Assembly (NCBI RefSeq): GCF_004010195.1
Contig: NC_057719.1
Location: 56,560,606-56,624,605, forward strand
Direction: 5' to 3'
Length of the DNA stretch: 64,000 nt
Origin: Chiloscyllium plagiosum
Taxonomy: Eukaryota
A program made the position numbers and the translations under genes. Every line of letters begins with the position of its first letter. Position 1 is the stretch's first letter. Positions 51,779-64,000 of the stretch are shown here, one piece after another. The notes under the pieces were generated by a model. That model did not search any database. It was not told where the DNA came from and worked only from the letters and a program-made list of their open reading frames with translations.

Positions 51779-52653
51779 AAGAAGATATTTTGCTATGTTG
51801 ATTGATAGGGAAAGAGCAGCATTCCCTCAGATAAGGTTCAAACATGGTTTGGTGCTAAGAATGGGTAGCCATTGTGATTTGATTCTTGTAGCTGCAGTTA
51901 CAATTACTGTTGATCAGGTAGATGATGTTGTAGCATAGCAGCACATTTCATCTCCAATGAAGAGTCTGCTCTGTGATCTATATCCCCTATGTTCTTTTCT
52001 ATTTCTCTCCTATAATATGGACTGTGAAAGGTTATTATTAGTGGGCAGCAATTGACCTGGTGCATAGCCGATTTTTAAATATTGCTGTACTGGCAGAGAC
52101 CCTAGAAAGTCCAGGCAGCAGCAGGTACTTGTTCCGCTGGTGAGCAAAAGATAACATGAGAACAGTGCCATAGAAATTTGATGCATACATAATGAGGTGA
52201 GCAGCAGACAGTTGTGTATGATAGCTTGATGGAGATCATGGAGAGAATCCCTTCATGAAATTCCCTGAAATTGACACTTAAGACAATATGTGGCAATATT
52301 CAGCCCTTACTTAACAAACTTACAGTCTCAGCAAAAATGTTCTGACTAAAATAAGATACCCCAGGTGCCAGTTCAATGGAATTTGGCAAAACTAATCCTA
52401 CTGTAAAATGATTGCCTGTGAGAATCTCAAACATTCCCACTTCTGGGTCAAAAATATGCTTTAAGAAAGGGAATCTCCGGGGGGATCCAAGATAGCGGCG
52501 ACCCAGCAAGTCAGAGTCTACAGTGCTCCTCCCAAGACTTGGGCAAAGTAGGTCACCCACCCCCACCACACTCACCAAATAATTTAAAATAGCTTTTACT
52601 TAATGTAATTAGTTGTTTAGTATTGAATTTAAACAATTTAATCTCCAGTAAAA

Positions 52654-53511
52654 ATGACTAAAGGGAAGGGAGTCCGCAGCTCTCAGCAAGCAGGAACACC
52701 TCCCCCACCCTCTCCAGCTGCAGCAAAGGCGTCCGCAGCCGCCCCTGGGGACTTACCTACGGTGGTGAGCCTCATGGAAATGATCTCCAAACTGGATGCG
52801 AAGATCAACGCTTTTATTGAAGAATCCCGAAGTCGATGGGACTCACTCTCGGCCGCGCTGCAAAAGCACGACCGAGATATTAAGGAAATCGAGTGCCGAG
52901 TCGGAGGGGCGGAGCTAAAAGCCGGGACCTCCGAAACGAAAGCACAATCGGCCGTGGATCAGGTCCGGACTCTCGAACAGCGAGTCCGGACCTTAGAGAA
53001 CCACATTGATGACCTCGAGAATCGAGGTCGTCGAAAAAATATTCGTTTGCTGGGCCTTCCCGAACGGGAAGAGGAAGGTAAGCTGACAGCGTTCCTTGAA
53101 CAATGGCTTCTACAGCTTTTAAGTCTGGAGGCTGGATCAGGCCAGGTAAGGGTAGAATGGGCCTACTGGGTCGCAATACGCGGGCCCGGCTCGAACCAGC
53201 GCCCCCACCCGGTCCTATTCCGGCTGCAGAGCTATAAGGAGAGGCAGATACTCTTAGAAGCCTCCAGGAATCTTGGAAAAGATCCCCAAGCCATGATCTA
53301 TAAAGGATCCAAGATCATGTTATTCCAGGACTTTTCCCCAGCTCTGGTCCAAAAGAGGAAGGCGTTCAATAAGGTGAAGAAGTGTTTAAGGGACTTAAAT
53401 ATTCAGTACTCCTTGCGCTACCCAGCGACGCTGCGCTTTAACCATGAAGGATCCGTGTATAACTTTGGATCGCCGGAAAAGGCCAAGGAATTTTTGGACT
53501 CTCTTAGATAA
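52654..53511 (+). CDS. L1 ORF1p (coiled coil-RRM-CTD), intact 285 aa
   Basis: DDLENRGRRKNIRLLGLPEREE, LFQDFS, YSLRYPATL motifs; open ATG to TAA. Confidence 0.9.
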   Translation: MTKGKGVRSSQQAGTPPPPSPAAAKASAAAPGDLPTVVSLMEMISKLDAKINAFIEESRSRWDSLSAALQKHDRDIKEIECRVGGAELKAGTSETKAQSAVDQVRTLEQRVRTLENHIDDLENRGRRKNIRLLGLPEREEEGKLTAFLEQWLLQLLSLEAGSGQVRVEWAYWVAIRGPGSNQRPHPVLFRLQSYKERQILLEASRNLGKDPQAMIYKGSKIMLFQDFSPALVQKRKAFNKVKKCLRDLNIQYSLRYPATLRFNHEGSVYNFGSPEKAKEFLDSLR

Positions 53512-53644
53512 ATTGTAAGAGATAATTGATATTGGTTTGCTTTCCCCCCCACTCCAGTTTACATCCCCCCTCCCTTTTCTTTTATATATTCATCCTTTTT
53601 TTTACCTTACTGTTTAATATTATCTTGGGGGGTGGGGAGAGGGA

Positions 53645-53725
53645 NNNNNNNNNNNNNNNNNNNNNNNNNNNNNNNNNNNNNNNNNNNNNNNNNNNNNNNN
53701 NNNNNNNNNNNNNNNNNNNNNNNNN
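53645..53725. other. Assembly gap
   Basis: Run of N. Confidence 1.
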
Positions 53726-54011
53726 CTTGAATTTTCCTCATCCTATTGAGGAGCGCCTAGGTCAAGGGTGGGGCACTGGTTGGGGGAGGATATGATGGAC
53801 CTTTGGAAAGGAAGTGATGCCCCCTGGGAACAAGGGGGAACATTTCCAATTAAATACGTTTTATATTTTTAAAATTTAGAAATAGTTTTTAATTATACTG
53901 TTGTGAGTGTATTAGAGAGCCTTTATTTTTGTGAATTTTATATGCTCTATGCTCGGGATGTTCTGGATAGGGTTTCCCCTCCTGAGGGGTCTCGGACTTG
54001 CCCGGACGATT

Positions 54012-57000
54012 ATGGTTGATCAGTCGGTTAAGTGGTGCACCTGGTATGTCAAGGGGAGTAATTCACCAATCGAAAGGAAGAAAATATTATCAAACCTCAG
54101 CAAAGAAAGGGTTGAGACACACTTATTGATAAAGAACACTTGAAATTATGACAGGGTGGATTTGATCAGGCCTTTTTTTCTTCTTTTAGCTCAAAAAGCA
54201 GGGGAGTTATTATTCTTATTCAGAAGAATTTCCCTTTCAAAATTCTAAATCAGGTAAAAGATTAATCTGGACGATATATTCTGATTAAAGCCCTTATAAA
54301 TGGAGAGGAATTTGGGATTTTAAATTTGTATTGCCCCCCTGGCACATCCTTTTAAATTTATAACGGAAGCCTTCTCAAAATTGATGGCTCTCAGTGCTCA
54401 TCATACAATTTATAGGGGGAGACTTTAATTGTATTATGGATCTGGAAATAGATAGGATTCCCAAGAGTACTGCAGGAGTATCTCCCAGATCGAGACAATT
54501 GGTGGATCTGAACAAAGAATTAGGATTAGTAGATGTATGGAGATGTCTTCATCCACAGGGCAGAGATTTTTCTTTTTACTCCAATCCACATAAATGTCAT
54601 ACCAGAATCGATATGTTTTTTGCCCCCTCTATTTTTTTAAATTCCATATCATCCTGTAAATAGGCAGTATAGCAATATCCGATCACGCTGCTGTATATAT
54701 GGAAATCAAGGCGAGGAACAATGAGACATCCCCTCGGTATTGGCATATGGACCCCTTCCTGATAAAAGATAGTAAATTTGTAAGGTACTTCTCTCAAGAA
54801 TTTAAAACTTTTTTAGAAATTAATTTAGGTACGGCTAGCAACCCATCAATGATGTGGGAGACCATCAAAACTTACGCGCGAGGTTTGATCATCTCATACT
54901 CAGTGACCCAGAAAAAATTGAAGGGAGAACAACAGCGTCTGCTTGAAGCTCGCTTAAAAGCGGCAGAAACAGCATACGCTGACAGACCTTCTATTATCAA
55001 GGGCATTACGGCCCTTAGGACAGCTCTAAACACCACGCTTACCCAAACGGCTAAGAGGGAAATATTATTTACAAAACAAAGGTTATATGAATTTGGTGAT
55101 AAACCTGGTAGATACTTAGCATTTCTTGCAAAGAAAAAGAAGGCCCCTCAAACTATCACGTCTATCAAGGAAAGTGCGGGTATTTTGACTCATGATCATA
55201 AAAAGATTAACACAATCTTTGGAAAATTTTATTCTGATTTATATAAATCGCAGGATTGTGAAGACAGGACTAGGAGGATGCAATCATTTTTTAAAAATTT
55301 GACCTTTCTGGACCTAACTCTGGAACAGGTATCGGTCCTGAATGTTCCCCTAACAATCCAAGAAATACTTGACGCAATCAGGCAACTTCAGAGCGGTAAG
55401 GCACCGGGCCCAGATGGCTTTCAAGCTGAATTCTATAAAGAATTCACAGGAATATTGGCTGGTCCACTTATGGACATGTATAACTACTCATACAGTCAGG
55501 GCTGTCTCCCGCCTTCGTTGAAAGAAGCAAATATCTCTCTTATCCTTAAAAAAGGAAAGGACCCAGAAGATTGCACGTCATACAGACCAATATCCTTGCT
55601 AAATGTAGATTTTAAAATCCTCTCTAAAACGTTAGCATTGAGGCCACATATCATAAAGGAGGATCAGACGGGGTTTATTAAGGGCCATAGATCATCTAAT
55701 AACGTTAGAAGGGTTTTGAATATGATTCAAGCCTGCCATCAGGGAAAGATACCAGGAGTAGTAGTCTCATTAGACGTGGAAAAGGCATTCGATAGGGTCG
55801 AATGGTCATATTTGTTTTACACATTGGAAAGGTTTTTACCAAATGGGTCTTAACATTGTATAGTGATCCCAAAGCAGTTGTGGTTACCAATGGATTACGT
55901 TCGGATAGCTTCAGTGTGGATAGGGGCTGCCGTCAGGGATGTCCTCTCCCGCCATTGCTATTTACGCTAATAATTGAACCACTAGCAGAAGCTTTACGGG
56001 TTGACTCTAATATAACGGCCCCGAGGATTGGTACAGGTAAACATAAAATTACCCTTTATGGAGATGATGTTCTCCTATTCCTCAGTAATCCTCTGATGTC
56101 CGTGCCTCGTTTAATCCAAGTTATTAATACATTTAGTGCATTCTCAGACTATAAAATTAATTTCTCAAAATCGGTGGCTATGCCAATGGGTGGCCTTGCT
56201 ATGATACCCCACTTAATGGACGGATCCCACTTTCCCTTTCGGTGTCCCTGGAGGGTTTCTTATATTTAGGCATTTTTATTACCCCAGTATTTGGTCAGTT
56301 ATACAAGGCTAACTTTGTGCATTTACTGGAAAGGATAAGGCAGGACCTCCAGCGATGGGGAGACCTTCCAATTTCCTGGTTGGGTAGAATAGCACTAATT
56401 AAAATGAATGTCCTGCCCCATCTCCTATACGCTATGAGAATGCTTCCGGTGATGCTGCCGAGGCTGGCACTACGTAAATTATATGGCTGGTTGGGTTCCT
56501 TTATCTGGAATCATAGACGGCCCCTCATTAAGCTGAAGAAGCTACAGCTTCCACAGGCAAGGGGAGGATTGCATTTCCCAGATTTTAGGAAATCTCAGTT
56601 AGGTTCCCTATTAAATTACATAGCCGATCAGGTCTTGTCTGACCTGTAATCAATCTGGCTGGACATCGAGGCTTCTCAAGTAAAATGCCCACTTATTAAC
56701 CTTTTATTTTCAGACAAGAGGAAAATCATTACGGATCACTGTAAAAACCCTATAATACTAAACACAATTAAAGCTTGGAATATAATGCGGCAAAATGAGG
56801 GCAACTCACATAAAACATCCCCCTATGCTCTGATAGTGGGAGCATGGGGATTTCAACCGGGGTTTACAGATGACACTTTCAAACTCTGGAGATCCAGGGG
56901 TATCTCTTGTTTAGGGGATCTATTTAAAGAAGGGGTCCTGATGTCTTTTGAACAGCTGCGTCAGAAATTCGATTACCTAATGGAGACCTCTTTCCATACT

Positions 57001-58013
57001 TCCAAATTCGAGATTACATACAGAAGAAGACTACATTATTAGATAGTATTTATAAATCAGATAGAGATTGTAGAGTGCTACGGCCAATGGAGGTATCTTC
57101 CATCAGTACTATTTATCATTTACTACATGAGGAAGTATCGGGAGATATGGACAATCTGCTTAAAACATGGGATCAGGATTTAGGACTACAAATCTCTATA
57201 GAAATGTGGAATGACATTTGGGAAAACGCCAGAAGAATCACCATCTGCAACAGAACTCAGGCTATCCAGCTGAAGATACTTCATAGGGCCCATATAGCAC
57301 CGGATCGATTGGCAAAATTTAAGGCAGGAGCATCTCCAATGTGTCCCAAATGGAAAATAGAGGTGGGCACTCTTGTATATTGCTATGGACCTGTCATAAG
57401 ATCCGTAGAGACTGGACTAAAGTAGCAAGTACCCTGACAGAAATTTTAGGAATGGAAATTAAAGTGGACCCNNNNNNNNNNNNNNNNNNNNNNNNNNNNN
57501 NNNNNNNNNNNNNNNNNNNNNNNNNNNNNNNNNNNNNNNNNNNNNNNNNNNNNNNNNNNNNNNNNNNNNNNNNNNNNNNNNNNNNNNNNNNNNNNNNNCA
57601 AATGTAAAATAGAGGTGGGCACTCTTGTACATTGCCTATGGACCTGTCATAAGATCCGTAGATATTGGACTAAAGTAGCAAGTGCTCTGACAGAAATCTT
57701 AGGAACGGAAATTAGAGTGGACCCTGTATCTCTCCTTTTGGGCTTTTCGAACTTACCCTCCCTGGATATGCACGGGAAGAGATTATTTTCTATTTTCTCT
57801 TTCTGTGTAAGGAAAAATATTTTGGTAAACTGGGTGGCTGAGGGCCCCACTGGACTTTCAAATTGGCACAGATTAATTATGGAATGTATTCCCCTTGACT
57901 TCCTTACAAATATGGTGCACCAAAAGACTGAATTATTCCATAAAATATGGCAGCCCTTCTTGAATTATATAAATACAGATATTTCAGCCATCCTAACAAG
58001 GGCTTTTATTTAA
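54012..58013 (+). pseudogene. L1 ORF2 (APE endonuclease, RT, C-terminal Cys motif), frameshifted
   Basis: GGDFNC, SDH, GKAPGPDGF, SYRPISLLNVDFKIL, LDVEKAFDRVEW, GCRQGCPLPPLLF, YGDDVLL, HCLWTC. Confidence 0.93.
57472..57598. other. Assembly gap with duplicated flanks
   Basis: Run of N; 57346-57471 is repeated, diverged, at 57599-57724. Confidence 1.
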
Positions 58014-58899
58014 TTGAGGTGGCGAACCTGGCTGATCCAGGGCCTCTTGGGAGAAGAATCCTGCACAATATGGGTTTTGTTACATTTGATGTTAACACAT
58101 TCCGAGCATGTATCTCACTACCTAATTTCTGTGTTATCTGTCAGTTTTTTTTTCTTTCTCTTATTTAACTAATGTAAGAGACTTAATTACACACTCTGGT
58201 TAGTTGTAGGTTAGATTAGTAGTTAGTTGAGTTTTTTTTGTCTCGGTATTTTTCTTTTGTTAAATTTTGGTTATTATTTATTTAAGATTTAATTGTATAT
58301 CAATGTTTATACTTGGGATTTTTTTTATTTTTGTAAACTTGTAAAAATGTTAAATTTTCAATAAAAATATCTATTAAAAAAAAGGGAATCTCCTATTCTT
58401 TACTTGGTCTGGCCTACCTGTGACTTCAGACCAGCATAGTGGATGACTCCTAACCATCCACCGAAATGATCTAGCAAGCCACACTGATGCATTAAACTGC
58501 TAAAGTTAAAAAAACACTACCCGTCTATTGTAGTTCCCAAGCAGATTCACCACCATCTGAAGAACTCATAGGAATCAGCAATAAATACTGGCTTTGCGAG
58601 CAATGCTAACATTCCAAGACTTAATAAAAAAAGGTCAGTTAGCTTCATTATAAACATTTGATATCTTTCAAAATCAGTGGATCTGTGCCTCTAACAAACA
58701 TGTTTAATTCCCTTTTATTTACTTGACGTGTTCCAATAAAAGGGAAATAAGCGCTTGGTGGCAAAGTTTCAGTTTCACAAGTCAGGGATTTTGTGTTGCA
58801 TGCTTCCCTGAATGGAAATTACCTAGGTTATTATTGCCTACAAGGAACTATAGACTGAAAAATTCCAGAAACGTACTTCTTCTTGTACTTCAGAGACTA

Positions 58900-61270
58900 G
58901 ACATTATAAAGGAGTAAAGAGATTTGGATGTCTAAGAGCAGAAATTGCTCAAAGTTAGAACATAAGAAAAACCTAAAAGATCAATGGTATGTTGAAATCC
59001 TTCAGTTGCATGCTGCTTTGGCCAGACTCCATCTGGAGCATTGTGTCAGGATTTTGTTGCCACACCTCAGCAAGGGCATGTTAACCTTGAAAAGGATACT
59101 GCCCAGACTCACCAGAGAAATACTAAGACCCGTGAAAATTCAAATAGTATGACAGATCAGAAGGCTAGGATTGTATTCCCATGAATGAATTTATATGATT
59201 GTGGGTTGATGTCTTTAAAATTATGAAAGGATTTGACATTTATTTCATTTGGTGAGAGAAGCCAGTAAAAGGAGGCACAATCTGAAAATGAAAATAGACT
59301 ATTCAGGCGTGTAAACCAAAATATGTTTTCTCTTAAATGGAAATTTGGAAACCTCTTATCCAAACTGGTATGGCTATTGAGTCAACCAAAATTTTCAAAT
59401 ATGGGCTGGGTGCTGGCAGGTGGGAGTAGATTGGGTTGGGATATCTGGTTGGCATGGATGGGTTGGACTGAAGGGTCTGCTTCCATGCTGTACATCTCTA
59501 TGACTCTATGACTCTATGAGATTGACAAGTTTTAATTTGTTGAAACATCCAGAGATGTCGATCAACAATATAAATAGAGTTGAGGTATAAATTCACCATG
59601 ATTTAATTAAAAGGGAGATCAAATCTGAGGGGCTGACTAGCCTGTCCTGTTCCAGTGTTTCTGCTAAAACTGTTGAACTTCAGTCGGGTGGATGATTAAG
59701 CATCATGTGCACAGCATCAATTCCATTTTTTAATGTTGGAAAATATTAATTGCTTTTTTGTGACTGATCAACAGGACAATGCATGCAGTCACTGGTAAAA
59801 ACATAGTCAAAGCTGCAATTAAAAACCCAAAACAAATGAGACCATATTCAGTTTTGGAAGAAACAGATAGGTGTCTGGATCTTCATAAGATACATTATAC
59901 TTCTGAGTGGTTACCTGGATAAAGTACAGAATCACAGAATTGTTACAGTGCAGAGGAGGCCATTCAGCTCATTGTGTTGGCACCAGTTCTCTGTGCATTG
60001 TAATCTAATGCCAATTTTCTGCCTTTTCCCTACACATCGACTGGTTAAATAATTGTCTAATGTCCACTTCAATTAAAGTTGCCTTCAGCACACTTCCAGG
60101 CAGCACATTTCAGATCCTAACTATTCTGAATTCAGAGAGATTTTTCTCACCTCATATTTGCTTCTCTGTCCTTTTCCAATTGGGAACATTTTCTCTCTAT
60201 CTACTCTGTCCAGGCTCCTGACGATTTTGAAAACTTCTAGCAAATCTCTCCTCAACCTTCTCCTCATCAAGAAAACAGTCCTGACTTCTATCTACTGACA
60301 TAACTAACGTTTCTCATCCCTGGAACCATTCTTGGAAATCCCTTCTGCATTCTCTCCACTATGTTCACACACCCCTGTAGTGTGACATCCAGAATTGTAC
60401 GCAATACTCCAGCTGGGTCTAACCAGTGTTCTGTATAAATTTAGCATACCAACCCTACTCCTGTACTCTACACCCCTATTAATGAAGTCAGCAAAAGTGA
60501 GGACTGAAGATGATGGAACCCTGATGAAGGGCTTTTGCCTGAAACGTCGATTTTCTGCTCCTCGGATGCTGCCTAACCTGCTATGCTTTTCCAGCACCAC
60601 TCTAATCTAGACCCCTATTAATGAAACCTAGAATATTGGATGCTTTATTAGACTCATCTCATTATCTGTACTATAAACCTGTAATGATTTATGCTGCACA
60701 TATTGCTCAGTTCTTCTTGTTCCTTCACCCCCTTTAAAACAGCACACTTTGTTTTAGACTATATCTCCATTTTCTTTGTATCAAAGTATATCACGTCACA
60801 TTTCAAAATTCATGTATCATTTCATCCTTGTGTCAATGTCTTTTGGAGATTTTGCCATATCCTTCCCATAGTTTACAATTCTCCCAGGTTTTGTGTCATC
60901 TACAAACTTTGAAATTGTCCCCTATAAACCAAGTACTGGGACCTTATATACATCAGGAAAAACATGAGTCCCAATATTGACCGCGAGGAAATGCCACAAT
61001 AAACCTTATTCCAGCTCAAAACAATACCATTAATAACCATTAATAACCATACTCTCTGTTTCCTAATACTCAGCCAATTTTGTAACTATGTTGCTACTTT
61101 GCCTTTTATTTGATAACCTGTAACTTTGCTTGCAAGTCTTTTCTGTGGTACTGCATTGAATACCTTTTGGAAGCCCATGTACACCATACCAACAGCCTCA
61201 CCCTCATCAATTCTCTCTGTTACCTTTTCAAACAAATCCAGCAAGTTAAACATGATTTTCCCCAAGTAAA
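58900..61270. mobile_element. Old CR1 fragments (plus ~58900-59660; minus ~59930-61270)
   Basis: LARLHLEHCV; on minus RGVEYRSR..LNLYRTLVRP and VYMGFQKVFNAVP. Confidence 0.75.
60487..60610 (+). mobile_element. Hammerhead cassette (inverted stub + forward copy) with 15-bp TSD
   Basis: TSD acccctattaatgaa at 60472-60486 and 60611-60625; core CTGATGA A GGGC-tttt-GCCT GAAA CGTC at 60521-60548. Confidence 0.88.
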
Positions 61271-61272
61271 TC

Positions 61273-61915
61273 ATGGTGGCTCCGTGGTTAGCACTACTGC
61301 CTCACAGTGCCAAGGACTCAGGTTTGATTCCAGCCTTGGACAACTGTCTGTGTGGAGTTTGCACATTTTCCCTGTGTCCATATGGGTTTCCTCCCACATT
61401 CCAAAGGTGTGTAGGTTAGGTGAATTGGCCAAGCTAAATTGCCCATTGTGTTCGGTGCATTAATCTGGGTAAATATACATAATAGGGTAGACGAACGGGT
61501 CTGGGTGGATTACTCTTCGGAGGGTTGGTGTTGACTTGTTGGGTTGAAGGGCCTGTTTCCATACTGGACGGATTCTATAAAAAAAATCCATTCTGACTTT
61601 TCTGAGTTAACCTCCATTTTTACATGCAACTATTTTATGGGTGGCATGGTGGCACAGTGGTTAGCATGAGAGACTTGGATTTGATTCCACGCTTGTGTGA
61701 CTGTCTGTGTGGAACTTGCACATTTTCTCTGTGTGGGTTTGCTCCCACAATCCAGGTTAGATAGATCAGCCACACTAAATTACCTATAGTGTCTACGGAT
61801 GTACAGACTAGCTGGATCAGCCATGGGAAATGTAGTGGAAGGGAGGAGTGTGTCTGAGTTGATGGGGACTCGATGGGCTGAATAGCCTGTTTCCATATGG
61901 TAGGGATTCTGTTCT
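61273..61915 (+). mobile_element. Two HE1/V-SINE-like SINEs (~61273-61580 and ~61639-61915)
   Basis: tRNA heads tggttagcactactgcctcacag and gggtggcatggtggcacagtggttagca; shared core and cctgtttcca tail. Confidence 0.8.
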
Positions 61916-62419
61916 ATTATTTCTAGATGTTACCCATCACCTTGGTTAAACTGTCCACACTAAGTACTTTTATTTTCTTTGTTCCAGCATGTGGATGTTA
62001 CTGGCTAGGTCGTTGTTTATTGCCTTTCCCCAATAGCTTTTGAGATTTTGGGGTGAGCTCCCTGGTGAACCACTTCAGTCTTTGAGGTATACCCACAATA
62101 CTACAAGGGAGGCGTCCTACGATTTTGACCCAGCAACACTGAAACAACAGGGATATAGTTCCAAGCTAGGGTGGTGTGTGACTTGGAGGGGAACTCACAA
62201 GTAGTGGTGTTCCCATGCAACTACTATCCTTGTCCTTCTAGTTGTTAGAGAGTGTGGATTTGGAAAGTGCTGGTGAATAAGTCTTGGTGAGTTACTATGA
62301 TGCATCTTGTAGATGGCATACTGCTCTTGCGATGCTTCAGTGGTGGAAGGAAAGGCACACCTGGAAAATGGGAAGCCTTCAGAAACGAGATAACGAGAGT
62401 CCAGACACAGTATATTCCT

Positions 62420-62643
62420 AGGTAAAAACAATGACTGCAGATGCTGTAAACCAGATTCTGGATCAGTGGTGCTGGAAGAGCACAGCAGTTCAGGCAGCAT
62501 CCGAGGAGCAGTAAAATCGACATTTCGGGCAAAAGCCCTTCATCAGGAATACAGGCAGAGAGCCTGAAGGGTGGAGAGATAAGTGAGAGGAGGGTGGGGG
62601 TGGGGAGAAAGTAGCATAGAGTGCTCTTCCAGCACCACTAATC
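62420..62643 (-). mobile_element. Longer Penelope pLTR-type hammerhead cassette with inverted stub, 14-bp TSD
   Basis: TSD cacagtatattcct at 62406-62419 and 62644-62657; minus core CTGATGA A GGGC-tttt-GCCC GAAA TGTC at ~62518-62546; pyrimidine-rich upstream segment. Confidence 0.86.
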
Positions 62644-64000
62644 CACAGTATATTCCTGTTAGGGTGAAAGGAAATGTTGGTAGGTATAGGGAATGCTGGA
62701 TGAGTAAAGGAATTGGAGGTTTGGTTAACAATAAGAAGGAAGCATATGTCAGGTATAGACAGGATAGATCGAGTGAATCCTTAGAAGAGTATAAAGGCAG
62801 TAGGAGTATACTTAAGAGGGAAATCAGGAGGGCAAAAAGGGGACATAAGATAGCTCTGGCAAATTGAGTTAAGGAGAATCCAAAGGGTTTTTACAAATAC
62901 ATTAAGGACAAAAGAGCAACTAGGAAGAGAATAGGGCCCTCAAAGGTCAGCAAGAGATGGGGGATATACTAAATGAGAATTTTGCATCACTATTTACTCT
63001 GGAAAAGGATATGGAAGATATAGAATGAAGTGAATTATATGGTGACAGCTTGAAAAATGTCCATATTACAGAAGATATGGTGCTGGATGTCTTGAAATGC
63101 ATAAAAGTGGATAAATCCCCAGGACGTGATCGGGTATACCCTAAAACTCTGTGGGAAGCTAGGGAAGGGATTGCTGGGCCTCTTGCTCAGATATTTGTAT
63201 CAACGACAGTCACAGGTGAGGTGCTGGAAGACTGGAGGTTGGATAACGTGGTGCCATTATTTAAGAACAGTAGTAAGGACAAGACACATGGAACTTGTGG
63301 GGGCAAGTTGTTGGAGGGAATCCTCAAGGACAGGATGTATATGTATATGTATTTGGAAAGGCAAGGACCGATTAGAGATAGCCAACATGGCTTAGTGCGT
63401 GGGAAATCATGTCTCACAAACTTGATTGAGTTTTTTGAAGAAGTAACAAAGAGGATTGATGAGGTTAGAATGGTAGATGTGATCTATATGGACTTCAGTA
63501 AGGCACTCAACAAGGTTTTCATGGGAGACCAGTTAGCAAGGTTCGATCTCGTGGAATACAGGGAGAAATAGCCATTTGGATACAGAACTGGCTCAAAGGT
63601 AGAAGACAGAGGGTGGTGGAGGGTTGTTTTTCAGACTGGAGGCCTGTGACCAGTGGAGTGCCACAAGGATTGGTGCTGGGTCCATTAATTTTCTTCATTT
63701 ATATAAATGATTTGGATGTGAGCATAAGAGGTATAATTAGTAAGTTTGCAGATGACACCAAAATCGGAGGTGTAGTGGACAGTGAAGAAGGTTACCTCAG
63801 ATTACAATGGGATCTTGATCAGATGGGCCAATGGGCTGAGAAGTGGCAGATGAAGTTTAACTTAGAGAAATGCGAGGTGCTGCATTTTGGGAAAGCAAAT
63901 CTTAGCAGGACTTATACACTTAATGGTAAGGTCATAAGAGCTGCTGCTCAACAAAGAGACCTTGGAGTGCAGGTTCATAGTTCCTTGAAAGTAGAGTCTC
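62644..64000 (+). mobile_element. CR1 LINE ORF2, runs off window end
   Basis: [53 protein letters not shown]. Confidence 0.92.

Larger units (their letters stand above)
52479..58380 (+). mobile_element. Full-length L1 retrotransposon with 13-bp TSD
   Basis: TSD aaagggaatctcc at 52466-52478 and 58381-58393; TT/AAGA target; G-run + CAAGATAGCG head; ORF1, ORF2, AATAAA and A tail. Confidence 0.96.

Noticed and set aside
61273..61700. tRNA genes
   Set aside because: The A/B-box-like sequences are SINE heads that continue into SINE bodies; no full cloverleaf.
14000..64000. NFKBIA or another expected syntenic neighbour of PSMA6
   Set aside because: No ankyrin-repeat or other recognisable host exons seen in the window.

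Overview
Eukaryotic, repeat-rich vertebrate DNA. The SINE/LINE types (HE1/V-SINE-like, DeuSINE-like, CR1, Penelope) point to a cartilaginous fish, probably a shark (inference). The only intact host gene is PSMA6 (proteasome alpha 6): exons 2-7 on +, 1440-13739, with exon 1 upstream of the window. The rest is nested mobile DNA: many CR1 LINEs (one near full length with an esterase ORF1), a full-length TSD-flanked L1 with intact ORF1, a 3'-deleted L1, Rex/Babar and Tx1 fragments, Harbinger remnants, a gag-only endogenous retrovirus with a tRNA-Pro PBS, and a ~4.5 kb 44-bp minisatellite. The most striking non-ORF signal is a dispersed family of 70-225 bp cassettes carrying minimal type-I hammerhead ribozyme motifs (CTGANGA-A-stemII-GAAA-CGTC). 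Most are flanked by 11-15 bp target-site duplications, several are head-to-head inverted pairs, and a Penelope GIY-YIG remnant in the window carries the same kind of ribozyme. Also noted: an orphan RPA1 pseudo-exon, a 115-bp palindrome and three assembly gaps. Repeat boundaries without a stated TSD are approximate. All family assignments are by eye, with no database search.
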